Source: a candidate division WOR-3 bacterium (GTDB lineage Bacteria; Hydrothermota; Tepidihabitantia; Tepidihabitantales; Tepidihabitantaceae). Taken from it: 33,690 nt of DNA. The position numbers were made by a program, and so were the translations under genes. Of this stretch, positions 25,430 through 33,690 are shown piece by piece (position 1 is the stretch's first letter; each line of letters starts with the position of its first letter). Under the pieces are notes generated by a model. The model was not told where the DNA came from and searched no databases. It saw only the letters and a program-made list of their open reading frames with translations. The DNA is taken from the NCBI GenBank assembly GCA_965648935.1, contig CBFGIY010000018.1, positions 1 to 33,690 of the forward strand. Direction: 5' to 3'.

Positions 25430-26560
25430 ATGAAGAAGCGCACCCGGACACTGCTCATCGCCGGCGGCGCGGTCGTGTTTGTCGGGCTGGTGGTCATTGC
25501 CAATCTCAGACGCAAGCCCGCGGGCGAGGAGGTCGCGACGACGACGGTCGGGCGCGGTTCAATCGTCTCGGTCGTATCCGCGACCGGCGAGCTGCGCGCC
25601 CGGTCCCAGGTGAACCTGCAGGCCCAGGTGATGGGCGTCGTCGATCGGCTGCTGGTGAAGGAAGGCGACTGGGTCGACCGCGGCCGGGTGCTTCTCGAAC
25701 TCGACCGCAAGAGCTACGAGGCCAACCTCGTGCTGGCGCGCGCGCGCTTCACCCAGGCGCGGCTTGCCCACGCCCGGGTCGAAAGCCTCTACGCCGCCGG
25801 CCTCATCTCGGCCGAGGCCTGGGAAACCTCGCACGCCGCGTTCGAGGCGGCCGAGGCCCAGTTCGCCCAGGCCCAGGACCAGTACGACAAGACCGTCATC
25901 CGCGCCCCGATATCCGGCACCGTGGTCAAGGTGTCGATAAAGGAAGGCGAAACGGTCATCATCGGCACGATGAACAACATCGGCACCGTGCTGATGGTCA
26001 TCGCCGACATGTCGCAAATGCAGGCCATTGTCGAGGTCGACGAGACCGATGTGGTGGACCTGGCGCTTGGCCAGCGCGCCGCGGTCGAGGTCGACGCGCT
26101 GCCCGACCGCAAGTTCCCCGGGCAGGTCACGCGCATCGGCTGGATGCCGACATCGAACCTCATCGCCACGGCCAGCGCGACCCAGGGTACGGTGTTCGAG
26201 GTCGAGCTCACGCTCGACTCGGCCGGCAGCGAGTTGCGGCCCGGTATGAGCGTCAAGGCCGACATCACCACGGCCAGCCTCGACAGCGTGCTCGTGCTGC
26301 CCATCAGCAGCGTCGGCCGGCGCAAGGTGAAGGACAAGGAAACGCAGACTGTCTTCGTGGTCGAGAAAGGCAAGGCGGCGCTGCGCGAGGTCGGCACCGG
26401 CAAGTCCTCGGACGTCGATATCGAAATCACCTCCGGGCTGGAGCCGGGCGAAACGGTCATCACCGGCCCGTACAAGACCCTGGCCAAGCTCAAGGACGGC
26501 CGCGCAGTCAACGTGCAGAAGCCGAAGCCCGACGACAAGTCGGACGGGGACAAGGACTGA
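25430..26560 (+). CDS. Efflux periplasmic adaptor (MacA/HlyD-like MFP)
   Basis: N-terminal TM anchor; G.V..LLVKEGD.V..G..L..LD, IRAPISG.V, VDE.D, LRPGMS and GL.PGE.VI motifs. Confidence 0.9.
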   Translation: MKKRTRTLLIAGGAVVFVGLVVIANLRRKPAGEEVATTTVGRGSIVSVVSATGELRARSQVNLQAQVMGVVDRLLVKEGDWVDRGRVLLELDRKSYEANLVLARARFTQARLAHARVESLYAAGLISAEAWETSHAAFEAAEAQFAQAQDQYDKTVIRAPISGTVVKVSIKEGETVIIGTMNNIGTVLMVIADMSQMQAIVEVDETDVVDLALGQRAAVEVDALPDRKFPGQVTRIGWMPTSNLIATASATQGTVFEVELTLDSAGSELRPGMSVKADITTASLDSVLVLPISSVGRRKVKDKETQTVFVVEKGKAALREVGTGKSSDVDIEITSGLEPGETVITGPYKTLAKLKDGRAVNVQKPKPDDKSDGDKD

Positions 26561-26626
26561 CCCTTGCCGCCCCGGCCCGCGTTGCACCAGTCGAGGCTCG
26601 CGGTTCGCCATTCGGAGATTCCGTAG

Positions 26627-27292
26627 TTGCTTCTGCGCACCGAGGACCTGGCCAAAGTCTACCGCACCGGCGCCGTGGACTTCGCCGCGCTCGACGGCGT
26701 GAGCATTACGATCGACGCGGGCGACTACGTCGCGCTGATGGGGCCGTCCGGTTCGGGCAAGTCCACGCTGATGCACCTGCTCGGCTGCCTCGACACGCCG
26801 TCGCGCGGCCGCTACTGGTTCAAGGACCGCGACGTGACGACACTGGACGACATCGAGCTGGCCGGCCTGCGCAACCGGGAAATCGGGTTCGTGTTCCAGA
26901 GTTTCAACTTGCTGCCCCGGCTGTCGGCCCAGGCCAATGTCGAGCTGCCGATGGTCTATGCCGGCATGGTCCCGCGCGAGCGGACGCGGCGCTCGGCCGA
27001 ACTGCTGGAGCTGGTCGGCCTGAAGGACCGGATGAAGAACCGGCCAAACCAGCTCTCCGGCGGCGAGATGCAACGCGTCGCCATCGCCCGATCCCTGGCC
27101 AACCGGCCCGCTGTCATCCTGGCCGACGAGCCGACCGGCAACCTCGATTCGCGCACCGGCGCGGATGTGATGGCGCTCTTTGACCGGCTCGCGGCCGAAG
27201 GCAACACCATCGTGCTGGTGACCCACGACCAGTCCGTGGCCGGCCACGCGCGCCGCACCATCCGGCTCTGCGACGGCCGGGTGTGCGACTGA
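26627..27292 (+). CDS. ABC transporter ATP-binding protein (LolD/MacB-like)
   Basis: [43 protein letters not shown] and VTHD motifs. Confidence 0.95.
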   Translation: MLLRTEDLAKVYRTGAVDFAALDGVSITIDAGDYVALMGPSGSGKSTLMHLLGCLDTPSRGRYWFKDRDVTTLDDIELAGLRNREIGFVFQSFNLLPRLSAQANVELPMVYAGMVPRERTRRSAELLELVGLKDRMKNRPNQLSGGEMQRVAIARSLANRPAVILADEPTGNLDSRTGADVMALFDRLAAEGNTIVLVTHDQSVAGHARRTIRLCDGRVCD

Positions 27293-27295
27293 CCC

Positions 27296-28528
27296 ATGCG
27301 TTTCCTCGAACTGCTGAAGCTATCGCTGGAGACCTTCCGCACCCACCGGATGCGGTCGTTTCTGACCGCGCGGGGCATCATCATCGGCGTGATGACGGTC
27401 ATCGCCATCGTCTCGCTCATCCAGGGAATGAACTACGAAGTCGAGCGCCAGATTTCCTCGCTCGGGTCCAACACCATCTTTGTCCAGCGGTTCTCCTGGG
27501 GAATGGGCCGCATCGACTGGGACGAGATGTCGCGCCGCCCGAGGCTCACTCTCGAGGACGCCGAGGCGCTCGGACGGCTGAAGGAAATCGCCGCGGTCGC
27601 CCCGGGCGCCGGCCGGATGGTGGGCAAGATCGTCTACCGCGGCAACAAGGTCACCAACCTGCAGGTTGATGGCACGGTTCCCTCGATCCGCGTCGTCGGC
27701 AACTACGAGGTCGAGTCGGGCCGCTTCATCAACTCCGACGACAGCCTGCGCCGGCGCGCGGTCTGCGTGGTCGGTGCGTATGTCGTCGACAACCTGTTTC
27801 CGACCGAGGACCCTCTGGGCAAGCGCATCGTCATCAGCGGCGTGAGCTTCACCATCGTCGGCACGCTCGCGCGCAAGGGCAGCTTCCTCGGCCAGAGCCA
27901 GGACGCGCTCGTGATGGTCCCGCTGACCGCTTACAGGAAGTACTTCCAGGCCGGCAGCGGCTTCTTCAGCGACGAGCTTACCATCCAGCTGATGCCCCGG
28001 CGCGGAATCGATACCGACAAGGCCATCGACGCGGTGCGCGAGCTGATGCGTCGGCGCCGCGGTCTCGGCTACGACAAGCCCGACGACTTCAGCATCAACA
28101 CCCAGGACACCCTGCGCGACATCTACCGTAACATCACCCGCGTCGCCTACATCGTGATGATCGCGGTCGCGGCGATATCGCTGCTCGTCGGCGGCATCGG
28201 CATCATGAACATAATGCTCGTCGCGGTCGCCGAACGCACGCGCGAAATCGGCCTGCGCAAGGCACTCGGCGCCACCAACTCGGTCGTGCTCTGGCAGTTC
28301 CTGCTCGAGGCGGTGCTGCTATCGCTCTTCGGCGGCGCCGTGGGCATCGCCCTCGGGCTCGGCATCGCCAAAGTCATTGAACTCGCGGCACATCTCAAGG
28401 CGGCCGCGCCGCTGTGGACCGTGCTTCTGGGATTCGGCTTCTCGGCCGGGGTCGGCATATTCTTCGGCATCTACCCGGCGTCGCGTGCCGCCAAACTCAA
28501 CCCCATAGAAGCCCTGCGCTACGAGTAG
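27296..28528 (+). CDS. ABC transporter permease (MacB/FtsX type)
   Basis: [42 protein letters not shown] and [18 protein letters not shown] motifs. Confidence 0.94.
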   Translation: MRFLELLKLSLETFRTHRMRSFLTARGIIIGVMTVIAIVSLIQGMNYEVERQISSLGSNTIFVQRFSWGMGRIDWDEMSRRPRLTLEDAEALGRLKEIAAVAPGAGRMVGKIVYRGNKVTNLQVDGTVPSIRVVGNYEVESGRFINSDDSLRRRAVCVVGAYVVDNLFPTEDPLGKRIVISGVSFTIVGTLARKGSFLGQSQDALVMVPLTAYRKYFQAGSGFFSDELTIQLMPRRGIDTDKAIDAVRELMRRRRGLGYDKPDDFSINTQDTLRDIYRNITRVAYIVMIAVAAISLLVGGIGIMNIMLVAVAERTREIGLRKALGATNSVVLWQFLLEAVLLSLFGGAVGIALGLGIAKVIELAAHLKAAAPLWTVLLGFGFSAGVGIFFGIYPASRAAKLNPIEALRYE

Positions 28529-28645
28529 TCCGGCCTTAACCGATTCCCCGTCAACCACTTACACTCTACTCACAATCCATTCGAAAACACAGGACAGGTG
28601 GGAGCTCGGGCACTCGACAATCGACTCTCATCAGTCGTCAATACC

Positions 28646-28674
28646 TTGACACTCAGAAGTCGCATAACTATAAT
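28646..28674 (+). promoter_or_regulatory. Perfect consensus sigma70 promoter
   Basis: TTGACA(28646-28651)-17-TATAAT(28669-28674), 5 nt before ATG 28680. Confidence 0.85.
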
Positions 28675-28679
28675 TACTT

Positions 28680-28901
28680 ATGCCCATCAGAGAGTTTCGT
28701 TGCGGCAAGTGCCGCCACGAATTTGAGGAACTCGTGTTCGGCGAGCGCGACCGCGCCAGGCTCAAGTGCCCGAAGTGCGGCAGTCGCCGGCTCGCTGCGC
28801 TGTTTTCAGTCTTCGGCGTTTCCGGTGCCGAGAAGAAAGTTTCCGGCTCGTCAAAGTCCTGCGGCTCCTGCAGTTCGCACAGCTGCAGCACCTGCGGTTA
28901 G
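28680..28901 (+). CDS. FmdB-family zinc ribbon protein (CxxC_CxxC_SSSS)
   Basis: MPI.EF.C..C.HEFE.L...CPKCGS..L..LFS.F with Cys-rich tail CGSCSSHSCSTC. Confidence 0.9.
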   Translation: MPIREFRCGKCRHEFEELVFGERDRARLKCPKCGSRRLAALFSVFGVSGAEKKVSGSSKSCGSCSSHSCSTCG

Positions 28902-28911
28902 GAGGGCAGCA

Positions 28912-29208
28912 ATGACCATAACCAAAGCCGATCTCGTCGAGACCATCTCCCGCCAGATGGCACCGAGCATCACCAAGCGCGATGTCGGCCGGATAGTCCA
29001 GATGTTCATTGACGAAATCTGCAAGACCCTGCAGGAAGGCAACCGTATAGAAATCAGAGGCTTCGGCGTGATGTCCACCAAGCTGCGCAAACCCAAGGTT
29101 GCGCGCAACCCCAAGACCAAGGAACCGGTGAACATACCGCCGCGCCGCGTACCCGTGTTCAAGGCTTCCCGCCTGCTCAAGTCCGGCCTGATGAAGGGAG
29201 AGATGTAA
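28912..29208 (+). CDS. HU/IHF-family DNA-binding protein
   Basis: ATG 28912 after AGGAGG; TKADLV...G.RIEIRGFG.....R....ARNPKT...V.IP.R.VP.FK motif. Confidence 0.93.
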   Translation: MTITKADLVETISRQMAPSITKRDVGRIVQMFIDEICKTLQEGNRIEIRGFGVMSTKLRKPKVARNPKTKEPVNIPPRRVPVFKASRLLKSGLMKGEM

Positions 29209-29211
29209 CAG

Positions 29212-29307
29212 ATGCCGTGCGGCCGTAAGCGCAAACTCGCCAAGATCCGTCGCCACAAGTACAAGAAGCGCATCAAGGCACTCCGCCACAAGAAGAAGCT
29301 GCGCTAG
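29212..29307 (+). CDS. 31-aa basic peptide, ribosomal protein bS22 / AURKAIP1-COX24-like
   Basis: Hand translation MPCGRKRKLAKIRRHKYKKRIKALRHKKKLR-TAG, starting 3 nt after the HU stop. Matches the MP.G.KRK..K...HK.KKR....RHKKK pattern. Not in the ORF track. Confidence 0.85.
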   Translation: MPCGRKRKLAKIRRHKYKKRIKALRHKKKLR

Positions 29308-29338
29308 CCGCGGCCTCGAATCGCCGAGCGGGACGCCC

Positions 29339-30184
29339 TCAGGCGTCCGGCCCGGCTTGCGCCTGGCGCACCAGCAACACGGGCCAGCGCGTCCGGCGCA
29401 GCACCTGCACCGTCACCCCGCCGATGACCAGCTCGCGCACCACCGAGTGGCCGTACGCGCCCATCGCCACCATCGTGCAGTTCTGCTCGGCGGCGGTGCG
29501 CACGATGCAATCCGCGACCGGGCCCGAACCGATGACTGCGGGCACCGCGCCGGCAACCGCGCGCGCCTCGAGGGCCAGCCTCTCGGCTTCGGCCGTACCG
29601 GCCACGCACAGCACCACCAGTTCCAGCCCCCCGGCCCGGCAGAACGCGGCGGCGTGCTCGAGCGCGGCGCGGGCGTGGCGGCTGCCGTCATAGGCGGCCA
29701 GCACCCGCTTCTGCTCGACCGGCTTCTCGACGGTCACCAGCACCGGCTTGTTGACCGCGCGCACGACCGCTTCGAGGGTCGAGCCGAGCAGCGGCCCGGC
29801 CCACTGCGAATGCTCGCCGCGCCGGCCCATCACCACGAGGTCGGCCTCCCTTGCCGCGTCGATGACCGAGTGCGTCACCACCCCGGTCGGGGTTGACCGG
29901 CTGCACGGCACGCCGGCCGCGCTTGCCGCGCGGCAGAACTCGTCCACCGCCCGGCGCGCGCGCTCGGTCTGCAGCTCGACCAGCTTCAGCGCCATATCGG
30001 TCCCGGCGCTGGGCTGCAAGAAACCGTAGAAATCCTGGGAAAACGGGCCGTAGGCGACGCGCACGTCAACGACATAGAGCACGATCAGTTCGGCGCCGAA
30101 CCGCCGCGCCCATGCCAGCGCCTCATCGAAAGCGACCCGGCCGTGCTCGGAACCGTCGGTCGGGACGAGAATCCTGCGCAACAT
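29339..30184 (-). CDS. Universal stress protein (tandem USP domains)
   Basis: ATG 30184 after AAAGGAGG; ILVPTDGS, DLVVMGRRG..LGST, AYDGS..A and MGAYGHS..RE..IGGVT motifs. Confidence 0.92.
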   Translation of the reverse strand: MLRRILVPTDGSEHGRVAFDEALAWARRFGAELIVLYVVDVRVAYGPFSQDFYGFLQPSAGTDMALKLVELQTERARRAVDEFCRAASAAGVPCSRSTPTGVVTHSVIDAAREADLVVMGRRGEHSQWAGPLLGSTLEAVVRAVNKPVLVTVEKPVEQKRVLAAYDGSRHARAALEHAAAFCRAGGLELVVLCVAGTAEAERLALEARAVAGAVPAVIGSGPVADCIVRTAAEQNCTMVAMGAYGHSVVRELVIGGVTVQVLRRTRWPVLLVRQAQAGPDA

Positions 30185-30212
30185 CGCCGCCTCCTTTGGT
30201 GCTTGCCCTACC

Positions 30213-30278
30213 AGCGTAGCCCGGCGCGCGCCCGGCGTCAAGCCGCCGGCTTGACTGGGGCCGGCCCGAGACTATAGT
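30213..30278. promoter_or_regulatory. Divergent sigma70-like promoters (usp, minus; mscL, plus)
   Basis: Minus: TTGACG(30241-30236)-17-TACGCT(30218-30213). Plus: TTGACT(30251-30256)-16-TATAGT(30273-30278). Confidence 0.6.
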
Positions 30279-30325
30279 GGAAGCACGAGGCTGCACGGCC
30301 GCCGGGCGCGGCCAAAGGAGGTCAG

Positions 30326-30775
30326 ATGTTCAAGCAGTTCAAGGAGTTCGCAATGCGCGGCAACGTTGTCGATATGGCGGTCGGCATCGTCATCGGCGCC
30401 GCGTTCGGCACGATAATCAAGTCCCTTGTCGACGATGTCATAATGCCGCCCATCGGCCTGCTCCTGGGCAATGTCGACTTCGCCAACCTGTTCATCCTGC
30501 TCAAGCCCGGGGCCGAATCTCCCGGGCCCTATGCCGCGCTTGCCGACGCCAGGGCCGCGGGCGCGGTCACGCTCAACTACGGCCAGTTCATAAACACCGT
30601 GGTCAGCTTCATCATCATCGCCTTCGCGATTTTCCTCGTGGTGCGGGCGATGAACATGGCAAAAAAGAAAGAAGCCCCGGCCCCGGTCACGACCAAGGAC
30701 TGCCCTTACTGCCTGTCCAAGGTGCCGCTCAAGGCGACCCGCTGCCCCAACTGCACGTCGCAGTTGACAGCATAG
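30326..30775 (+). CDS. mscL: Large-conductance mechanosensitive channel with C-terminal CxxC-x10-CxxC tail
   Basis: [32 protein letters not shown] and YGQFIN...FIIIAF motifs; AAGGAGG RBS. Confidence 0.96.
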   Translation: MFKQFKEFAMRGNVVDMAVGIVIGAAFGTIIKSLVDDVIMPPIGLLLGNVDFANLFILLKPGAESPGPYAALADARAAGAVTLNYGQFINTVVSFIIIAFAIFLVVRAMNMAKKKEAPAPVTTKDCPYCLSKVPLKATRCPNCTSQLTA

Positions 30776-30787
30776 CGAGCCGGAGCG

Positions 30788-31684
30788 TCACTCGTCCGGT
30801 ATCGAACGCGCTGCCTTGGCCGGCTCGTCAGGCCCTGAGCCGGTGTCCTGGTGAAACACCAGCCCTGACCGCAGGGCCCGGATGATGTCGCGCGCCCGGC
30901 CGAACCGGGTCACCGCTTCCTCGCTCGGCTCGATCGCGCCGGCGCAGTCGTCGCACGGCATCCACTCTATCGCGTACTTGCCCTCCAGTGCCCAGCCCTC
31001 GACAATCGGCTGGTCGTCGTACCCGAGCACGCGCAGGAACTGCAGCGGCGGGATCGAGACCCGCGCCGGGGCCAGCCGTTCATCACAGCGCGGGCAGACC
31101 GCCTCGTGGCGCAGGCCGACCTCGGTTCGGGCCCGCTCGGTGATCTCGTCGAAGGTCAGGTCCTGCCCGTACAGCCACACGAGCTGGCTGGCGCCTGCGT
31201 TGTCCCGGCCGACCGCGGCCAGCAGCCAGAAACCGTCCAGCCGCGGGTGGGACTCGTGCAGCGCCACGGCCCGGCGCTCGCGCTCCAGCGGCAGTTGCCC
31301 GAGCTCTGCCAGCCGCCCCTGCTCGGCGGCCTGATGCTTCTCGGTCCACTCCACAAGACTGGTCTCGGCCGTGGCCTCGACAACCTCGGGGTCCTCCTTG
31401 TCCGGTTTGGCCCAGAGCCACTTGAGAAAGAGCTTGATGCGCGGCAGCGCGCCGCGGTCGAAGTACAGCACGCCCGGCCACGCGAACATGTAGAGCAAAA
31501 ACCGCAGCGCGCTGATGAAGACGTCCAGAAACAGCGTCTCGCGGTTGCGGAACTCGCGGTCGATGAATATCAAACTGAGATGATAAAGCAGCGCGATGAC
31601 CAGCCCGACGCTGAACCACAGCTGTATCACCGGGTGCAGGAAGAAGTACGCCCCCCCGCTGCCGGCCGGTATCCGCAGGAGCAT
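30788..31684 (-). CDS. Hypothetical membrane protein (2 N-terminal TM segments, two distant CxxC motifs)
   Basis: 298-aa ORF with hydrophobic N-terminus, CPRC and CDDC; promoter directly upstream. Confidence 0.7.
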   Translation of the reverse strand: MLLRIPAGSGGAYFFLHPVIQLWFSVGLVIALLYHLSLIFIDREFRNRETLFLDVFISALRFLLYMFAWPGVLYFDRGALPRIKLFLKWLWAKPDKEDPEVVEATAETSLVEWTEKHQAAEQGRLAELGQLPLERERRAVALHESHPRLDGFWLLAAVGRDNAGASQLVWLYGQDLTFDEITERARTEVGLRHEAVCPRCDERLAPARVSIPPLQFLRVLGYDDQPIVEGWALEGKYAIEWMPCDDCAGAIEPSEEAVTRFGRARDIIRALRSGLVFHQDTGSGPDEPAKAARSIPDE

Positions 31685-31689
31685 GGCCG

Positions 31690-31756
31690 AGCATACCCCT
31701 GGCCGGCCGGCCAGTCAAGCCCGCACCCTTGACAGCGGGCCCGGTTCGGGTATCGT
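31690..31756. promoter_or_regulatory. Divergent sigma70-like promoters
   Basis: Minus: TTGACT(31718-31713)-17-TATGCT(31695-31690)-5-ATG 31684. Plus: TTGACA(31729-31734)-16-TATCGT(31751-31756)-6-ATG 31763. Confidence 0.65.
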
Positions 31757-31762
31757 CAGCCG

Positions 31763-31903
31763 ATGCCAATGCGGGGAAGATGGCTCACCCGGGCCAACGC
31801 GCTGGGCTGCCTCGGGCTGCTGACCCTGGGCCTAATCATAGCCGCGGCAATCTGGGCGCTCATCTGGGTCACCTGGCACTACCAGGGCGCGGGCGGCATA
31901 TAG
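31763..31903 (+). CDS. 46-aa single-TM small protein, hypothetical
   Basis: MPMRGRWLTRANALGCLGLLTLGLIIAAAIWALIWVTWHYQGAGGI-TAG; own promoter; fits the gap before the convergent TonB receptor stop. Not in the ORF track. Confidence 0.6.
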   Translation: MPMRGRWLTRANALGCLGLLTLGLIIAAAIWALIWVTWHYQGAGGI

Positions 31904-31917
31904 CGGCGCCCCGGTCC

Positions 31918-33690
31918 CTAGAAACTCAGCTTCACCCCGGCGCTCAGCCAGCGGCCGCGCGTCGGCGCCCACAGCGGCACGTCCTGCTGCAGCCAGTCCG
32001 TCTGCACGAAGTCAAAGATGTTGCGCGCCGAGGCGAACACCTCCCAGCCGGTCGCGTCACCGGCCCGGCCGAACCGCTTGGCCAGCCGCGCGTGCCAGAG
32101 CGTGTAGTCGGGCGAGCGCGGCCCTTCGACCAGCCGCTCGCCCTCGCGCCTCTGCGTCACCATCGCGCCGATGAACTCGCCGCTCAGATTCAGGTCCAGT
32201 CCGATGCCCTCGAAGGTGTAACCCGCGGTCCAGCTCGCCGCGTGCGTCGACCGGTAGGGCAGCGCCGTGCCCGCCGCGATGTCGCGCGCGTCGAGCAGCG
32301 CGTACCCGGCCTGCAGGCGCAGCCCGGGCAGGGGCCGCCACGCCGCCCCGAGGTCGATGCCCTGAGTCACCACCGCGCCGCGGTTGAACTGCTGGTACTG
32401 CCGGACACCGCGGGTCGTGTCGTGGCCGACCATCGAGTCGGTCACCATATCCGAAATGTCGCTGCGGTAGGCCATCACCGACAGGGCCAGATCGGTCCAG
32501 CGCAGCTCCGCGCTCAGGTTGCCGTTGCGCGACCGCTCGGGCAACAGGTTGGGATTCTGGATGAACTCCGACATCTCCTGCCCGACGCAGAAGTGGGTCG
32601 CCTTGGAGAAAAGCGGCGGCGCCTTGAAACCGGTGCCGACCGTGCCGCGCAGCCTGAGGAACTCAAGCGGCGAGTACAGCGCCGACACGCCGGGCATGAA
32701 CCGCAGGCCGTACTGCGAGTGTCCCTCCAGCCGGCCCGTGCCCGAAAGCGTCACCGGCCCGAGCGCGAGCTCGTCCTCGACCACAAGCCCGGTGCGCGCG
32801 GCCGACCGCGGCCCGACGCTGGTGTTCTCGGTCACGCGCTCGAGCCGCTGCGACAGCGTCACGTTCAGCCGCTGGACAACCGGCAGCTCGCCGGCAAACT
32901 GCAGGTCGGCGTAGCCGACCTCCTCCAGCGCCTTGAACCACTGCTCGCGCGAGTACACCCGCTGGCGGTAGGCCGAGTACGACCCGCGGCCGGTCAGCCG
33001 CGCGGCCGGCCCGACCTGCCAGCGCGCCACCGCCATCGGGCCCCAGCTCGAGATGTTGGGATTCTCGTACAATCCCTCGCTTGACCGGCCCGCGACACGC
33101 TCCATGCTCCCGCCCTGCCGCTCATCGCTCCACGAATGGCCCGACACCGTGAAGTCAAACCGCGGGCTGGGCCGGAGCCGCAGGCGGGCGGTCAGCCCGG
33201 ACTGGTTCGACGCGGCGAAGTCTGAGACGCCGTCGCCATTGGCGTCCGACGCCCCGGTCTGGCGCCGGCTCAGCGTCGCGGTCGCGTCCAGCGCGTCGAG
33301 CCCGGCGTCGACCGTGGCCTGCAGGTTCGCGGTGCCGTAACTCCCCGCGTCAACCTGCACCGAGCCGCCGGTGCGCGACACCTGGCGCGGCACGACATTG
33401 ATCACCCCGCCGAAAGCGTCACCGCCGTACCCGAGCCCGCCGGCCCCGGTCGTCACCTCGACCCGTTCCACGCCGGTCACCGGCACGTGGGCCAGCCCGT
33501 AGCAGCCCAGGTCAGCCAGTCCCGGCATCCCGTCCAGCACCACCGAGGTGTACTTGCCGGGCAGGCCCTGCAACTGCACCTCGCCCGCGCCGCTCACCGG
33601 GCAGCACGACGCTACCTTCACGCCCGGCTCGGCGCGCAGTGCCTCCTGCAGGTCGCACGCGCCTTTCTGCTCGATGCTCTGCTGCGTCAC
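31918..33690 (-). CDS. TonB-dependent outer membrane receptor (5' end outside window)
   Basis: Plug motifs L.EAL...PGV, V.LQGL...Y..V.LDG and ERVEV..G.....YG.DA.GGVINV; NPNL.PE.S; RNIFD; terminal GVKLSF. Confidence 0.92.
   Translation of the reverse strand: MTQQSIEQKGACDLQEALRAEPGVKVASCCPVSGAGEVQLQGLPGKYTSVVLDGMPGLADLGCYGLAHVPVTGVERVEVTTGAGGLGYGGDAFGGVINVVPRQVSRTGGSVQVDAGSYGTANLQATVDAGLDALDATATLSRRQTGASDANGDGVSDFAASNQSGLTARLRLRPSPRFDFTVSGHSWSDERQGGSMERVAGRSSEGLYENPNISSWGPMAVARWQVGPAARLTGRGSYSAYRQRVYSREQWFKALEEVGYADLQFAGELPVVQRLNVTLSQRLERVTENTSVGPRSAARTGLVVEDELALGPVTLSGTGRLEGHSQYGLRFMPGVSALYSPLEFLRLRGTVGTGFKAPPLFSKATHFCVGQEMSEFIQNPNLLPERSRNGNLSAELRWTDLALSVMAYRSDISDMVTDSMVGHDTTRGVRQYQQFNRGAVVTQGIDLGAAWRPLPGLRLQAGYALLDARDIAAGTALPYRSTHAASWTAGYTFEGIGLDLNLSGEFIGAMVTQRREGERLVEGPRSPDYTLWHARLAKRFGRAGDATGWEVFASARNIFDFVQTDWLQQDVPLWAPTRGRWLSAGVKLSF

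Noticed and set aside
27360..27380. Arg in the first TM of the permease (LTARGIIIG instead of LTxLGIIIG)
   Set aside because: A single-base difference (CGG vs CTG) that could be a sequencing error or polymorphism; not interpretable.

Overview
High-GC bacterial window with standard genetic code 11 (many genes end in TGA). Gene content and style suggest a diderm FCB-related lineage such as candidate WOR-3, which is inference only. The main result is in the first 9 kb, where four minus-strand genes that the ORF track truncates or misses carry an in-frame TGA at the first position of a thioredoxin-type CxxC motif (U-P-T-C twice, U-L-S-C, U-G-Y-C). Each TGA is followed by a hairpin with bacterial SECIS geometry, so these are four predicted selenoproteins. 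Two lie in an operon (8759->1785) of Omp28-like Sec-lipoprotein, TlpA-like CxxC thioredoxin, DUF6029-like outer-membrane protein (CxGGxC), 45-aa UxxC membrane peptide, polytopic 4Fe-4S membrane protein, lipA and an MFS transporter. The other two are tandem signal-peptide-bearing Omp28-like paralogs just downstream, and the complete one has a T9SS/FlgD-like C-terminal domain. Together they resemble a selenium-based trans-envelope redox relay. The rest is mostly housekeeping: cutA, HEAT-repeat protein, ftsY, a divergent smc, PP-loop tRNA thiolase-like gene, a methyltransferase remnant, cyclophilin-like protein, tRNA-Ala(CGC) preceded by a duplicated 5' half, pyruvoyl arginine decarboxylase, SpoIID/LytB, rbfA-truB-ribF, PQQ-type beta-propeller, Yip1-TolC-MFP-ABC exporter, FmdB zinc ribbon, HU/IHF, bS22-like peptide, USP, mscL and a partial TonB-dependent receptor. 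Many genes have sigma70-like promoters only 5-8 nt before the start codon, implying widespread leaderless mRNAs. All family assignments come from motif recognition; no database search was run.
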